NCBI GenBank assembly: GCA_051117475.1
Contig: JBNPEE010000032.1
Location: forward strand, 5,947 to 69,946
DNA from: Anaerolineae bacterium
GTDB taxonomy: Bacteria; Chloroflexota; Anaerolineae; Aggregatilineales; Phototrophicaceae
Reading direction: 5' to 3'
DNA length: 64,000 nucleotides
Positions 38,083 through 47,531 of the stretch are shown piece after piece. Within the stretch, counting starts at the first letter, position 1. Each line of letters starts with the position of its first letter. A model generated the notes under the pieces. It made no database searches and was not told where the DNA came from. It saw only the letters and a program-made list of their open reading frames with translations. The position numbers were made by a program, and so were the translations under genes.

Positions 38083-39366
38083 ATGTGGCGCGACTCACTC
38101 ACTTCTATCACGATAGAAGATTTCAAATCAGCAATTGATGGTAAGAAAGTCGTTATCTTCTACCCTCAAATTTCATACCGGAATTTATTCCTAGCGTATT
38201 TACTAGAATGTGTCGATCAACCGATTCTATATTACTGTGTTAAATCGCACGAGACCCACATTATCCCGTTATTGAATGGCTTATTGTCCGAGCTTGCGCT
38301 TGATTTTCCACAGACAACCGATGCCATCGCCAGCGAGCAAGACACTGCGACGATTGCGACAGCCTTCTCTGCCGAGCTTGCCACTTATGATACCCATGCC
38401 GTTCTCTATCTGGATGAACTTGATCGTATCGCAGTGGACGATGAGGTATATCGCTTCTTTCTGACGTTGATTGACAACTTATCAGGGCAAAATAAACTGG
38501 TTATCAACGCGCGTCAGTTGACGCTTGATCCGTGGCAGAAAGCTGTTTTAGAGGGTGATGCGGTTGTGATTGGTACAGAAAAGCGCCGATCACAGTTGAT
38601 GTTCAACCTTGATGAATCCGATAAGCCTCAGCTTGAGATTTACGCTTTTGGTAGTGGTCAGGTCATCATGAATGGTCTGGCAGTTGATAGTTGGGACGGC
38701 ATTTTGCCACGCAATTTGTTTTTCTTCTTCATAGATCGCGATGCCGTCACGCGCAACGAAATCTTTGAAAATTTCTGGCCAACGCTCAACATGCGCGAAG
38801 CCACCAATGTCTTTCATGTGACCAAGCGCAAAATCTCCGAGCGTTTGAGCGAACATGTTATGGATCGTTACTCTTACGATTTGACGACCTACGCCAACGG
38901 TTTCTATCACCCGTCGGATGCGATCACTCGCCATTATGATGTTGCTGAGTTCGAAGAGATGATTGAACGCGCCTCCATGACATTTAAGGATGATGCACGG
39001 GCGGAACTCTATCGACGGGCGATCAGCCTCTATCAGGCACCTTTCTTGCTCAGCATCGATATGCCGTGGGTGGTTGAACGCCGTGATAAGCTCCAGCGCC
39101 TGTTACTAGAGGCGCTGGTTGGGCTTGCCCGCATTTACAAAGATCAGGAGCGTTATGAAGAATCGCTCGGCTATTTTATGCGTGCTATTCATGAACTGCC
39201 GATGCGAGAAGATATACACCGCGAGGTGATGGTGCTCTACCAGTTGTTAGGGCATCCCCAAGAAGCCATTCGTCAATATAACTTGCTGGAGACCCTCCTG
39301 CACGACATGCTTGGCGTTGCCCCTGCGCAGGAGACCAAGCAATTGCTCCAGACCATTAATGCATAA
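38083..39366 (+). CDS. SARP/BTAD-family transcriptional regulator with N-terminal domain of unknown function
   Basis: The central part looks like a winged-helix DNA-binding region (LEIYAFGSGQVIMNGLAV...LFFFFIDRDAVTRNEIFENFWP...NVFHVTKRKISERL). The C-terminus is BTAD/TPR-like (AELYRRAISLYQAPFL...EALVGLARIYKDQERYEESLGYFMRAIHELPMREDIHREVMVLYQLLGHPQEAIRQYNLLETLL). No Walker A motif is seen in the N-terminal ~170 aa. Confidence 0.75.
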   Translation: MWRDSLTSITIEDFKSAIDGKKVVIFYPQISYRNLFLAYLLECVDQPILYYCVKSHETHIIPLLNGLLSELALDFPQTTDAIASEQDTATIATAFSAELATYDTHAVLYLDELDRIAVDDEVYRFFLTLIDNLSGQNKLVINARQLTLDPWQKAVLEGDAVVIGTEKRRSQLMFNLDESDKPQLEIYAFGSGQVIMNGLAVDSWDGILPRNLFFFFIDRDAVTRNEIFENFWPTLNMREATNVFHVTKRKISERLSEHVMDRYSYDLTTYANGFYHPSDAITRHYDVAEFEEMIERASMTFKDDARAELYRRAISLYQAPFLLSIDMPWVVERRDKLQRLLLEALVGLARIYKDQERYEESLGYFMRAIHELPMREDIHREVMVLYQLLGHPQEAIRQYNLLETLLHDMLGVAPAQETKQLLQTINA

Positions 39367-39505
39367 ATCGGCACTTTGTCCGGCGCATCGACTGTATATC
39401 GGTGCGCCTTCCTCGATCTAACCCCTTGCTAAACACGGGCAGAAATAGCATTTCGCTGTATACTCATAACCGTTGAGAACAGGCACGACGTGAAAGAGGG
39501 GAATC

Positions 39506-41401
39506 ATGATACGCCGTTTAAGTGGGATCATTCTACTGAGCACTATTCTGTGGCTATTGCCAGCACAGGCACAAGACGCACTCAATCTGCCAAGCGAATT
39601 GTACGTGTTGTCGAGTGAAGGCACAGTACAACGCTTCGGTTTAGGCAGTGAGGGCTTATCAACGGTCACGCCAGAAGGCGAATTTGTACTCGATTTCCGC
39701 GTTGCGCCGGATGCTAACTGGCTGGCTTATCGCACTTTAGAGGGTGTGTTTTTGCGCCACATCTTCGACGAAGCGCGTGAGGTGCGCCAGATCGAAGATG
39801 ATCGCGCCAGCGTGCCTATTCAGCGCGGACAGGGTGAAACGATGGCGTGGTCACCGGATAGCAGTGCATTAGCCTATACCACCGAATACGGTGGACGGGT
39901 GCATTTCTTCGCTGATGGGCGTTTTGTCGATGTCACGACACCGGACTTGATTCATCTGAGTTGGTCACCGGACGGGCGCTTTCTGGCAGGGGAAGCATCC
40001 GGCGATGTGTGGTGGATATTCCAGCGCAACGGTTCCACCATCGAATTACGGGCGGCGATCCCTGGCGCGAGTGGGGCGGATTGGTTAAGCCCGACCCAAC
40101 TGCTCCACGCACCCTTAGAGGGTGGTTTGACAGTGCTTGATCTTAGTCAGGGGAATCAGCAAGTTGAAATCTTGAGCGCCACCGAAGGCTATCACCTACC
40201 GGGTGTGAGCCGTGATGGGCAAATTGTCGCCTTCGCAGGTGAGCGCGATAATGCCACCCTGACACAGATTGAACTGGATGATAATCTGGTGGGCACTGCC
40301 ACGCCGATAGGATCGGATGCGCTGGATTTGGGTGGGGCGCGTTGGGCGCCTGGGGGCTTTTTGCTCACTGCCTTTGAGGCGGGTGTGATTGCGCTGATTA
40401 ATCCAATCACCGCGAACGGCTTCACGTTACCGGTCACCGGCGCATCAACCTATAGTTGGGGTCCTGCCTATCCGCCTCTGACCATCAATCAGACTTTGCC
40501 AGAAAGCGCCTATTTCATCGCCAATGACGAGAACGGGGTGCGTCAGGTTTGGGAATTGCCAGCAGATGGCACGCGGGCAGGGGCGATAACACCGGCACCC
40601 TTGAATGTCACCGAGTACGCGATCTCACCCAACCGTCAGCGCATCGCGTATGTCAGCAATAGTGTGTTGTGGTTGTACAGCATCGGCAGTGAGGATGTCC
40701 CACAAGAGTGGGTGATGCTCGGTATCAATGAACAAATTGCGCCGGCTTGGGGGGCAGATAATCAGATGTTGTATTACCGCGATGATCAGAGCGGTGAAGC
40801 GGGCATCTGGCGTGTGAGTACCGAGGATAGCGAGCCGGTACTATTCCTCAGCGATGATGAAAATGGCATATACACGCAACCACAACCTGCGTTAGGTGCA
40901 GGAGCAATGCTCGTGCATTACGGAGATGCCTTACAGATTGCTGATACCGGCTCCGGCGAAGTGACCGCCATTGGTTTGAACGGAACAGGGCGCTGGTTGG
41001 ATGGCACACAATTTATGGTGGTGGGGGATGCCCCTGGCCGTGATAACGGCATCTATCAGGGGGATGCCAACGCGATTGAAGCGGGTGTATCGCTGGTGTT
41101 GCCGCTGCTCGGTTCATTTGAATTGTTCGATTACCGCGTTTTAAACGGCGAGAACTTGCGTCTGTTGGTGAAGAATCAGGTGCCAGGTGATGTGCGTATC
41201 CTGGACATTCCGGTGAACGGTGGTCAGGCACAGTTGATCGGCAGTGCAGGCAACATGGTCAACCCGCGTCTATCCGCAGATGGGGCGCTGGTCATCGGGC
41301 AACGCTCCAGCGAAGGCGTGTTGTTGCTGTATGATCTCGCCAATGACAGCACACGCCAGATTGACATCGCGCCCCCGATCACGCATTTTAGATGGCGCTA
41401 A
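39506..41401 (+). CDS. secreted TolB-like (PD40/WD40-like) beta-propeller repeat protein
   Basis: The signal peptide is MIRRLSGIILLSTILWLLPAQAQD. PD40-like repeats recur (WSPDSSALAYTTEYGG, WSPDGRFLAGEASGD, VSRDGQIVAFAGERD, ISPNRQRIAYVSNS). Confidence 0.75.
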   Translation: MIRRLSGIILLSTILWLLPAQAQDALNLPSELYVLSSEGTVQRFGLGSEGLSTVTPEGEFVLDFRVAPDANWLAYRTLEGVFLRHIFDEAREVRQIEDDRASVPIQRGQGETMAWSPDSSALAYTTEYGGRVHFFADGRFVDVTTPDLIHLSWSPDGRFLAGEASGDVWWIFQRNGSTIELRAAIPGASGADWLSPTQLLHAPLEGGLTVLDLSQGNQQVEILSATEGYHLPGVSRDGQIVAFAGERDNATLTQIELDDNLVGTATPIGSDALDLGGARWAPGGFLLTAFEAGVIALINPITANGFTLPVTGASTYSWGPAYPPLTINQTLPESAYFIANDENGVRQVWELPADGTRAGAITPAPLNVTEYAISPNRQRIAYVSNSVLWLYSIGSEDVPQEWVMLGINEQIAPAWGADNQMLYYRDDQSGEAGIWRVSTEDSEPVLFLSDDENGIYTQPQPALGAGAMLVHYGDALQIADTGSGEVTAIGLNGTGRWLDGTQFMVVGDAPGRDNGIYQGDANAIEAGVSLVLPLLGSFELFDYRVLNGENLRLLVKNQVPGDVRILDIPVNGGQAQLIGSAGNMVNPRLSADGALVIGQRSSEGVLLLYDLANDSTRQIDIAPPITHFRWR

Positions 41402-42318
41402 CCAGCGGGCGTTTCTCCAGCAGGTACACCATCCGGTAAGGTGTCATCTGGCGTAACAGTGATAGCCGGTGTAGGCGTGGTGATCTGTGCCGGTTCTGTA
41501 TTTGCCGTCAAGAAGGGGCCTAACACTGTCCCATCGATGATGAGCGCATAAACCTGTTCGGCGGTGCTATCCAGCAAAAACGTGCCATTTTCAAAGCGCT
41601 GTAAACCGAGCGGGACTTCCTGCGCTTCGGTACGGGCGAAACCCATCTCATCGCGTAAACCGTCGACACTGAGCCACATATCCCCGAAAATATCGCCAGG
41701 GACGATCAATCCCTGTGGCGCTTGTATGCCAATTGTTGAAATATCAGTTGGGACTTCTAGATAATCATAGTTGCCACTGATGCCGGCTTGTTGGGCACGG
41801 ATCGCCCACACTGCCGAAATATCGGGATAGTGATACATCACGCCCGTTTCAAACACTTGTACCTCACCGAAGAAGCCGAACCCGCCTTGAATCGGGCAAC
41901 CCATACGCTGACTGACGCTCGGATTAGTGCGCCATGCAGTGAGATACGGTGCGTCAATCGGCACACCCAAACAACGATTGGCATTGGCAGTGGGTTGACT
42001 TTGATCCACAGACGCGCCAAAAATAGGTTCGCTGAAGGGCACATAGGCTTCTTGTTGTGGGGCTTCACCGATGAAGATACCGATATACTGCGTTGCCGTT
42101 GGTATGACAGTCTCTGTTGGTGGGATGGGTGTGGTGGTGATGGCGGCGCGGGTCGCGGCAACTTGTTCTGGATTGGGTGTGGGGGATAGCGCCACCGTGA
42201 CCAACGCCCGTGCAATCGGGACGGGTGTGGGTGTGCTAGTCGCTGAAGTACTACAAGCAGTGAGCATCAAGGCAAGGACGATTGTCATCAAGTGTCGGAG
42301 CATAGGGATCATCTTCAT
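41398..42318 (-). CDS. lipoprotein of unknown function
   Basis: A signal peptide with lipobox LMLTAC is followed by a Thr/Pro-rich linker (STSATSTPTPVP...). The ~200-aa C-terminal domain has no recognised motif. The gene overlaps the convergent propeller gene by 4 nt. Confidence 0.65.
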   Translation of the reverse strand: MKMIPMLRHLMTIVLALMLTACSTSATSTPTPVPIARALVTVALSPTPNPEQVAATRAAITTTPIPPTETVIPTATQYIGIFIGEAPQQEAYVPFSEPIFGASVDQSQPTANANRCLGVPIDAPYLTAWRTNPSVSQRMGCPIQGGFGFFGEVQVFETGVMYHYPDISAVWAIRAQQAGISGNYDYLEVPTDISTIGIQAPQGLIVPGDIFGDMWLSVDGLRDEMGFARTEAQEVPLGLQRFENGTFLLDSTAEQVYALIIDGTVLGPFLTANTEPAQITTPTPAITVTPDDTLPDGVPAGETPAG

Positions 42319-42404
42319 TTTTGGGCATCAATAATTCAAGGGCGATCAGTTGACCACCCTTGAATTATACACCAATCAATCAGGGTAAAAACGGCGACAT
42401 CGTT

Positions 42405-43220
42405 TCAAGATGCCGGTTCATCGGGGCGCAGGTGCATGTTGAGGAAAGCCAGCAGTTCTTCCCATGCTTCTTGTGGTGCGCCACCCTCGGTCAGTACATC
42501 CGGTTGAACGAAAGCATGTCCCACGCCCTGATAGATGCTCACCGTGTGTGTAATACCTGCCGAAGCGAGCGCGTCCTGATGGGCGTTGACATCATCGAGG
42601 GGAATGCCTTGATCGTCCGCACCGAAAATCCCCAGCACCGGCGGTGCGGAATCATTCAGCAACGCGCCGAATGCATCGCTATCGGCTAATGTTGAGCCGT
42701 AGAGGTTGACCACTGCGTCAATTTCAGGGTTAGCGATGCCATGATTGAACGCGACATCCCCGCCATAACAGAAGCCCACCACACCGATTGCGCCGGTTGT
42801 CGGTGTCTCGTTCAACAGGTAGGTATAAGCGCTGAGCATGTCGGCATCAACCTGTTGCATATCGACAGTCAAGCGCAGATATAACGCACCGGGGATTGTG
42901 ACCGCTACCGGCCCACGGTAAGTATCCGGCGCAAACACGATGAAACCCTCACGCGCCATCTCATCGGCTAATTCGACGATTTCGGTGTTCAAGCCCCACC
43001 ACTCATGCACCATCAGCACTGCCGGGAATGACCCCTCACCTTCGGGTTGTGCTAGATAGCCGTTTAAAGTTGTGCCATCGTCGGTGGTGTAAGTGGTATT
43101 GGTGAAATCTGAGCCACTCACGCCGAAGTTAACGTCCCAGACGATCACCGCCACGATGACCAGCACCATGACGGCAACCGCACTCAGCAAACCGATGATA
43201 ATGCGTTTGAGCCACTGCAT
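42405..43220 (-). CDS. dienelactone hydrolase family protein with N-terminal membrane anchor
   Basis: The N-terminal TM helix is IIIGLLSAVAVMVLVIVAVIVW. DLH-like segments are PAVLMVHEWWGLN, FAPDTYRG, the nucleophile elbow GVVGFCYGGDVAF and a C-terminal GVGHAF. Confidence 0.8.
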   Translation of the reverse strand: MQWLKRIIIGLLSAVAVMVLVIVAVIVWDVNFGVSGSDFTNTTYTTDDGTTLNGYLAQPEGEGSFPAVLMVHEWWGLNTEIVELADEMAREGFIVFAPDTYRGPVAVTIPGALYLRLTVDMQQVDADMLSAYTYLLNETPTTGAIGVVGFCYGGDVAFNHGIANPEIDAVVNLYGSTLADSDAFGALLNDSAPPVLGIFGADDQGIPLDDVNAHQDALASAGITHTVSIYQGVGHAFVQPDVLTEGGAPQEAWEELLAFLNMHLRPDEPAS

Positions 43221-43308
43221 AACTGATACCTTTTTGATGTGTGTTTGCGTCTATTAAGCACTACTATGACACATCTGCTTGAGTATCAGATGAGTGTACG
43301 AGCGACGC

Positions 43309-44994
43309 TCATTGGTCAAGTAAGAGGTTGACCTCATCCACGATCAAGCGTAAGACCAGCTCATCCAATTGTGACACGCTGTAATCGCCGATACCCTGCT
43401 CATCTTCTGGTGTGCCGACTTCTAAATCAGGGCGCTCATCGCCCGGCGTACCCGCAACCCCTTCATCATAAGTCAAGAACAAGAAGCGCCCCATGGTGAA
43501 CTGGGCAATCTGGCGCATGACGAACTCGCCTTCCGGTTGTAAGCCACTGCTCGCTAGTTGGTGAATTTTGATCCCGCGTGCCAGTGCATCTTGCATCAGC
43601 AAACTGTAATCGGCATCATCAGCATAATCGACATGTGGCGGGGCATCAGCAACGAGGAATGTCAGGCGAATGGTATCATCAGCACGCCATTGCACCGCGT
43701 TGAGCGCCATGTCCAAGCCTTGATTCATCGATTCCGGATAGTCACCGCCACCGCTCGCCCGCACCGCCATCAGATCTGCCTGAAAAACGTTGATATCATC
43801 GGTAAAATCATGCACGCGGGTGACATACTGGTCGGTGCGGTCACGATAACTGACCAAGCCATAACGCACGTCTACTGTGTCGGAGAGCGCGTTGATCTCA
43901 TCCGAGATATTCAGGATATTCTCCTGTAACTGTGCGATCTCATCGCCCATACTCCCCGTGGCATCAAGTAAGAACATAATATCAAGTTGCACGCGGTCTA
44001 TCTGCTGGTTAATCGGTAGCGTGAGCGTGGTCACTCCGCCGACTACCTCACGGTTCAGTTCGCTTTCGATACGCTCATCAGCTTTACTGACTACTACGCG
44101 GAAGTTATCGACATAGCGCGTGTTGTCGTTCAGATTAGGGAAGAACATCGTCATGCCGGTGGCATAGGTCAACGCCGAGGTAATGTGTGTGTCACCATGG
44201 TAAATTTCGACACAGGCATTTGCAATCGGTTGTCCGTCAGCATCCACCACGCGGATCACCTGACGGTCGGTGGTATCGACATCACGTACAGCCGCTGTGC
44301 CGTAATCGTTCAAGAATCGGTTGCGATACGCTTGATATTCATCCCATTCGGCATTGTCGTCAATCTCACCGGCGCGTAGGGGATCAGTCTGCGGGCTGGC
44401 GCTGTTAAGCGTGGGTTGTGCTGTGGACATTACCATCATCGAGGAGTCCTCCATATCCATGCCATCGGCAGACGGCTCGCCCATTGCGGGTGGCATCTCT
44501 GCTGATATATCATCGTCGGCCATATCGACGGATTCAAGCACTTCCATCTCAGGCGCAGACAAACTCCGACTACTGCTTGATGTGATGCTCGAACGCCCGC
44601 TACCATCATCGTTGCGCATAGTATTCTGATTTTGTTGGGCATACGCTGATGTGATCTGTGCGGCAGGGATACCTATACAACTGCTTACGGTGAGTGGATT
44701 CGCAATCACTACTCCATCATCGGAGACGATATTGAAACTAAGAAAGCCCAATACACCAAAGATAACTAGTAGCACCACACCGCCGAGCGCGATGATCGGC
44801 ACAGTACTGACGCTTGTTTGGCGCTTAACTTTGGCTTTCGAAGATGCTGTCACCCCGCGTCCGCCGGATGCCCGTTCTAAGATAGGGTGCAGTTCGTCCT
44901 CAAAATCAGCGTAATCTTGTAGGATGATGTGTGCTGGTTCGCCTGCCTCTAAACGGGCGAGCGCCGCTTTACGAATTTTCTCAAAAGTAGTCAT
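43309..44994 (-). CDS. membrane-anchored von Willebrand factor A (VWA) domain protein
   Basis: A MIDAS-type motif (DIMFLLDATGSMGDEI) begins a ~200-aa VWA-like domain. A single TM helix (VPIIALGGVVLLVIFGVLGFLSF) follows a ~70-aa cytoplasmic N-terminus, with a Ser/Asp/Met-rich linker. The start is ambiguous: ATG 44994 has GGAG 9 nt upstream, while the ORF track extends to GTG 45021 and ATG 45015. Confidence 0.78.
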   Translation of the reverse strand: MTTFEKIRKAALARLEAGEPAHIILQDYADFEDELHPILERASGGRGVTASSKAKVKRQTSVSTVPIIALGGVVLLVIFGVLGFLSFNIVSDDGVVIANPLTVSSCIGIPAAQITSAYAQQNQNTMRNDDGSGRSSITSSSSRSLSAPEMEVLESVDMADDDISAEMPPAMGEPSADGMDMEDSSMMVMSTAQPTLNSASPQTDPLRAGEIDDNAEWDEYQAYRNRFLNDYGTAAVRDVDTTDRQVIRVVDADGQPIANACVEIYHGDTHITSALTYATGMTMFFPNLNDNTRYVDNFRVVVSKADERIESELNREVVGGVTTLTLPINQQIDRVQLDIMFLLDATGSMGDEIAQLQENILNISDEINALSDTVDVRYGLVSYRDRTDQYVTRVHDFTDDINVFQADLMAVRASGGGDYPESMNQGLDMALNAVQWRADDTIRLTFLVADAPPHVDYADDADYSLLMQDALARGIKIHQLASSGLQPEGEFVMRQIAQFTMGRFLFLTYDEGVAGTPGDERPDLEVGTPEDEQGIGDYSVSQLDELVLRLIVDEVNLLLDQ

Positions 44995-45110
44995 AATCAT
45001 TTGCTCCGAACTCATCAACACGAACAGAAATTTTTAGATGTCTTGTGGTGTTAATGCGTTTGGATGGGGAATGGTTCCAAATTGTTCAAGATGGAAGCAA
45101 GATAGGAGGT

Positions 45111-45143
45111 ACATTAAAAGCGAAACGCCCCGTTTAAGGGGCG
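45111..45143 (-). terminator. intrinsic terminator-like hairpin in the leader upstream of the VWA gene
   Basis: The minus strand reads CGCCCC-TTAAAC-GGGGCG, an all-GC 6-bp stem, followed by TTTCGCTTTTAATG. It lies between predicted minus-strand promoters (45184-45303) and the VWA gene start (~44994). Confidence 0.5.
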
Positions 45144-45183
45144 CTCAGTCAAAAATGTTTATGGAATAAATTTATTTAATTCA

Positions 45184-45212
45184 ATATTAACATTCTCTAA
45201 GAATGTTGTCAA
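45184..45212 (-). promoter_or_regulatory. sigma70-like promoter (TTGACA-N17-TAATAT) with a perfect palindromic operator candidate filling the spacer
   Basis: On the minus strand, TTGACA lies at 45207-45212 and TAATAT at 45184-45189. The 19-nt palindrome AACATTCT-CTA-AGAATGTT (45189-45207) occupies the spacer. Further AACAT/ATGTT half-sites occur nearby (around 45153, 45228 and 45243). Confidence 0.5.
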
Positions 45213-45275
45213 GGATTTGGGCATTTTTAACATTTAGATTTCAATGTTTCTTAACAGCATGATTCATTTGTCACA

Positions 45276-45303
45276 ATTATAGGACAATGGCATAGCGTGT
45301 CAC
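45276..45303 (-). promoter_or_regulatory. second sigma70-like promoter (GTGACA-N16-TATAAT)
   Basis: On the minus strand, GTGACA lies at 45298-45303 and a perfect TATAAT at 45276-45281, separated by a 16-nt spacer. Confidence 0.45.
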
Positions 45304-45401
45304 ACCGCATAGCATAGAGTTTGATTAGGGTTGCTGGACAGTGACGATCATCTGTATGACAATGATAATGATCGACCGTTTGTTGGAAGCAGCTTATTGG
45401 A

Positions 45402-46718
45402 ATGAACAGAGATTATGATGTAATTATTGTTGGTGGACGTGCGGCGGGTACTCACATGGCAGCGCGGCTCGGCAAGTATGGCTTTCGTGTGTTAATGCTC
45501 GAACGCAATACACACCCTTCCTTGCCGGCAGTCTCGTCACCGATCATTTTTAGCGCGACGATGCGCCTGCTTGATGAGATCGGCGCGGATGAGCAAGCCT
45601 ACGCTCACAACACGCCCAAACTCACCCATGCCAGCACATTGGCGAACGGATTAGAGGTCAGCTTACGCATCCCCGATTACAAAGGACGTGATTATGCCTA
45701 TGCTATTGACCGCGCTCGCTTCGATGCGTCGCTGTGGCAAACCGCACTAACGTATGACAATGTGCAAGGTCGTCAGAATTTTAGCGTGACAGATTTGCTG
45801 TGGGATGGCGATACAGTGATGGGTGTGGTGGGCAAAGAGCACGGCGGCACAGAAGAACGCATCACCGCCAATGTAGTGATTGGCGCGGATGGGCGCTTCG
45901 GCATTGTCAGCCGAAAAGTACACGCACAAGAGACGGATGTCTTCGAGACACATCCGACTTCGATTTACTATGCTTACTGGCGCGATGTGGCACAGGTCAA
46001 CGATCAGCCGAGTATGACCACCTATGTCAACGACAATAACACCGAGTACGGCTATCTGACGATGGATAGCGCCGATGGTCAAACGGCGATTGGTATCGAA
46101 GGGCGTGCGGATGTTGTCGAACCGGATGCTGGTGATGCACAGGGCTTCTATCTGCGCACCCTGGCACAGTGCGAACCCTTACAGGCACGTTTAGCCAATG
46201 CTGAGATGGTGACCACGGTGCGTGGTATGCGCCATATTGGCAACAGTTACCGCCAGGCAGGTGGTCAGGGCTGGGCGCTGATTGGTGATGCCTATCATCA
46301 GAAAGACCCACTCGATGGTCAGGGGATCTATAATGCGGTGATCACGGGTAAGGCGCTGGCGCGTCAGATGCTAAAATGGAAGCGCGGTGAGATCAACTGG
46401 GAAACGGCCATTTCAGAATATGATGACATCGCCCGCGTCAAAACTTATCCGATGTATAAATCGCTCCAGAATCGCATTCAGACCAGTTTCTACAGCGATC
46501 AAGGCGCAACCATCCCCACGTGGTTACAGGATAGTCTGGCGCGTTGGGTGCTGGATGATGCCGAATTTCAGGAATTAGTCGGCAAGTTATTCACGCGGGA
46601 AGTACCACCGGACTACATCACACTGATGACCCCGCCAACACTGGTAGGCGCAGTAGCACGCGGTATCCGCAAAGATATTGAACAGCGCGTCAAAGCACGG
46701 ATACCCTTCTTGAATTAG
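45402..46718 (+). CDS. FAD-dependent oxidoreductase (geranylgeranyl reductase / flavin monooxygenase-halogenase-like)
   Basis: The N-terminal dinucleotide-binding motif is YDVIIVGGRAAGTHMA. VIGADGRFGIVSRK and GDAYHQKDPLDGQGI match the conserved motifs of this flavoprotein superfamily. Confidence 0.8.
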   Translation: MNRDYDVIIVGGRAAGTHMAARLGKYGFRVLMLERNTHPSLPAVSSPIIFSATMRLLDEIGADEQAYAHNTPKLTHASTLANGLEVSLRIPDYKGRDYAYAIDRARFDASLWQTALTYDNVQGRQNFSVTDLLWDGDTVMGVVGKEHGGTEERITANVVIGADGRFGIVSRKVHAQETDVFETHPTSIYYAYWRDVAQVNDQPSMTTYVNDNNTEYGYLTMDSADGQTAIGIEGRADVVEPDAGDAQGFYLRTLAQCEPLQARLANAEMVTTVRGMRHIGNSYRQAGGQGWALIGDAYHQKDPLDGQGIYNAVITGKALARQMLKWKRGEINWETAISEYDDIARVKTYPMYKSLQNRIQTSFYSDQGATIPTWLQDSLARWVLDDAEFQELVGKLFTREVPPDYITLMTPPTLVGAVARGIRKDIEQRVKARIPFLN

Positions 46719-46824
46719 GTGACATTCGGCACTTTAACCCCGCACCGACCCTTGAGATATACTGAGCATACAGCGATCTGTCTTATTTGCAGGTCGCTCA
46801 TGCCAGATCATCATGAGGTGCATC

Positions 46825-47478
46825 ATGAAAAAGCAAAACATACCTCAACATATCTTAGAACGCATCGAGTCCGAATTGATCGAACAAGAAGACTTGCTGT
46901 GGGCTGGTCAACCGAACCCGATGCGCTTCCTCACCAAACGCCCTGACCGCACGCACCCGATTCTGAGCGTGTTGATTGGTTTAGAGCTGGTCTTGTTAGC
47001 GGGGGTTGCTCTCGTGGGCAATACACCTCTGCTGATAGGTGTATTGATTGGGCTGGTGCTGACAGCTGTGCTGGGCGGGTTATGGCAACAATTCGACAAT
47101 GCCGACAACACCTTCTATGCCATCACCAATAAGCGGGCACTGGTGATTGAAGGCCAACGTGTTGTCAGTTTTGGTCATGAGGATTTGCAATCTATCGAGC
47201 GCCGAATGCATGGTAACGCACGTGGGGATATTATCTTCCGCGAGACTGTTGTGACGGATCGTGTCCCCTTTGCTTACGGCTTGTTACCTCGCCGTACCAC
47301 TGAGGAACATGGTTTTTTCGGCGTTGAACACCCCGAACAGGTTGAACTGTTGTTGTTGCGTACCTTTCACCATCCGGCACCGATTGATACACAACGCTTG
47401 CAAGATCACAGTGACGAACGAGATACGCCATATGATGACACGCTACATGACACACAAAGGGGCTATCAACGGTCATAG
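46825..47478 (+). CDS. membrane protein with bacterial PH-like (DUF304-like) domain, function unknown
   Basis: The start is set at ATG 46825 (MKKQNIP), with GAGG 6 nt upstream. Two TM helices (ILSVLIGLELVLLAGVALV, LLIGVLIGLVLTAVLGGLW) are followed by FYAITNKRALVIEGQRVVSF, which resembles a bPH fold. Confidence 0.5.
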   Translation: MKKQNIPQHILERIESELIEQEDLLWAGQPNPMRFLTKRPDRTHPILSVLIGLELVLLAGVALVGNTPLLIGVLIGLVLTAVLGGLWQQFDNADNTFYAITNKRALVIEGQRVVSFGHEDLQSIERRMHGNARGDIIFRETVVTDRVPFAYGLLPRRTTEEHGFFGVEHPEQVELLLLRTFHHPAPIDTQRLQDHSDERDTPYDDTLHDTQRGYQRS

Positions 47479-47482
47479 TATG

Positions 47483-47514
47483 TCAGGGTGAGCAGGGGTG
47501 CATACCCACCCTGA
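47483..47514. terminator. possible bidirectional hairpin between convergent genes
   Basis: TCAGGGTG / CACCCTGA form perfect 8-bp arms around a 16-nt loop, located between the stops at 47478 (+) and 47532 (-). There is no strong U-tract. Confidence 0.35.
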
Positions 47515-47531
47515 TAAACAGCTTGCATTCA

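Noticed and set aside
42334-42365. A perfect 9-bp inverted repeat, ATTCAAGGG-N14-CCCTTGAAT, between the dienelactone hydrolase and lipoprotein genes.
   Set aside because: It may be a terminator or an operator, but it has only a weak U-tract (TATT) and there is no second occurrence for comparison. The evidence is insufficient to assign a function.
45254-45310. A small Cys-rich minus-strand ORF (MRCDTLCHCPIIVTNESCC, 19 aa) in the AT-rich intergenic region, considered as a possible peptide precursor.
   Set aside because: It has no ribosome-binding site and overlaps the predicted promoter elements. Its length and composition are compatible with chance, and no modification enzyme is adjacent.
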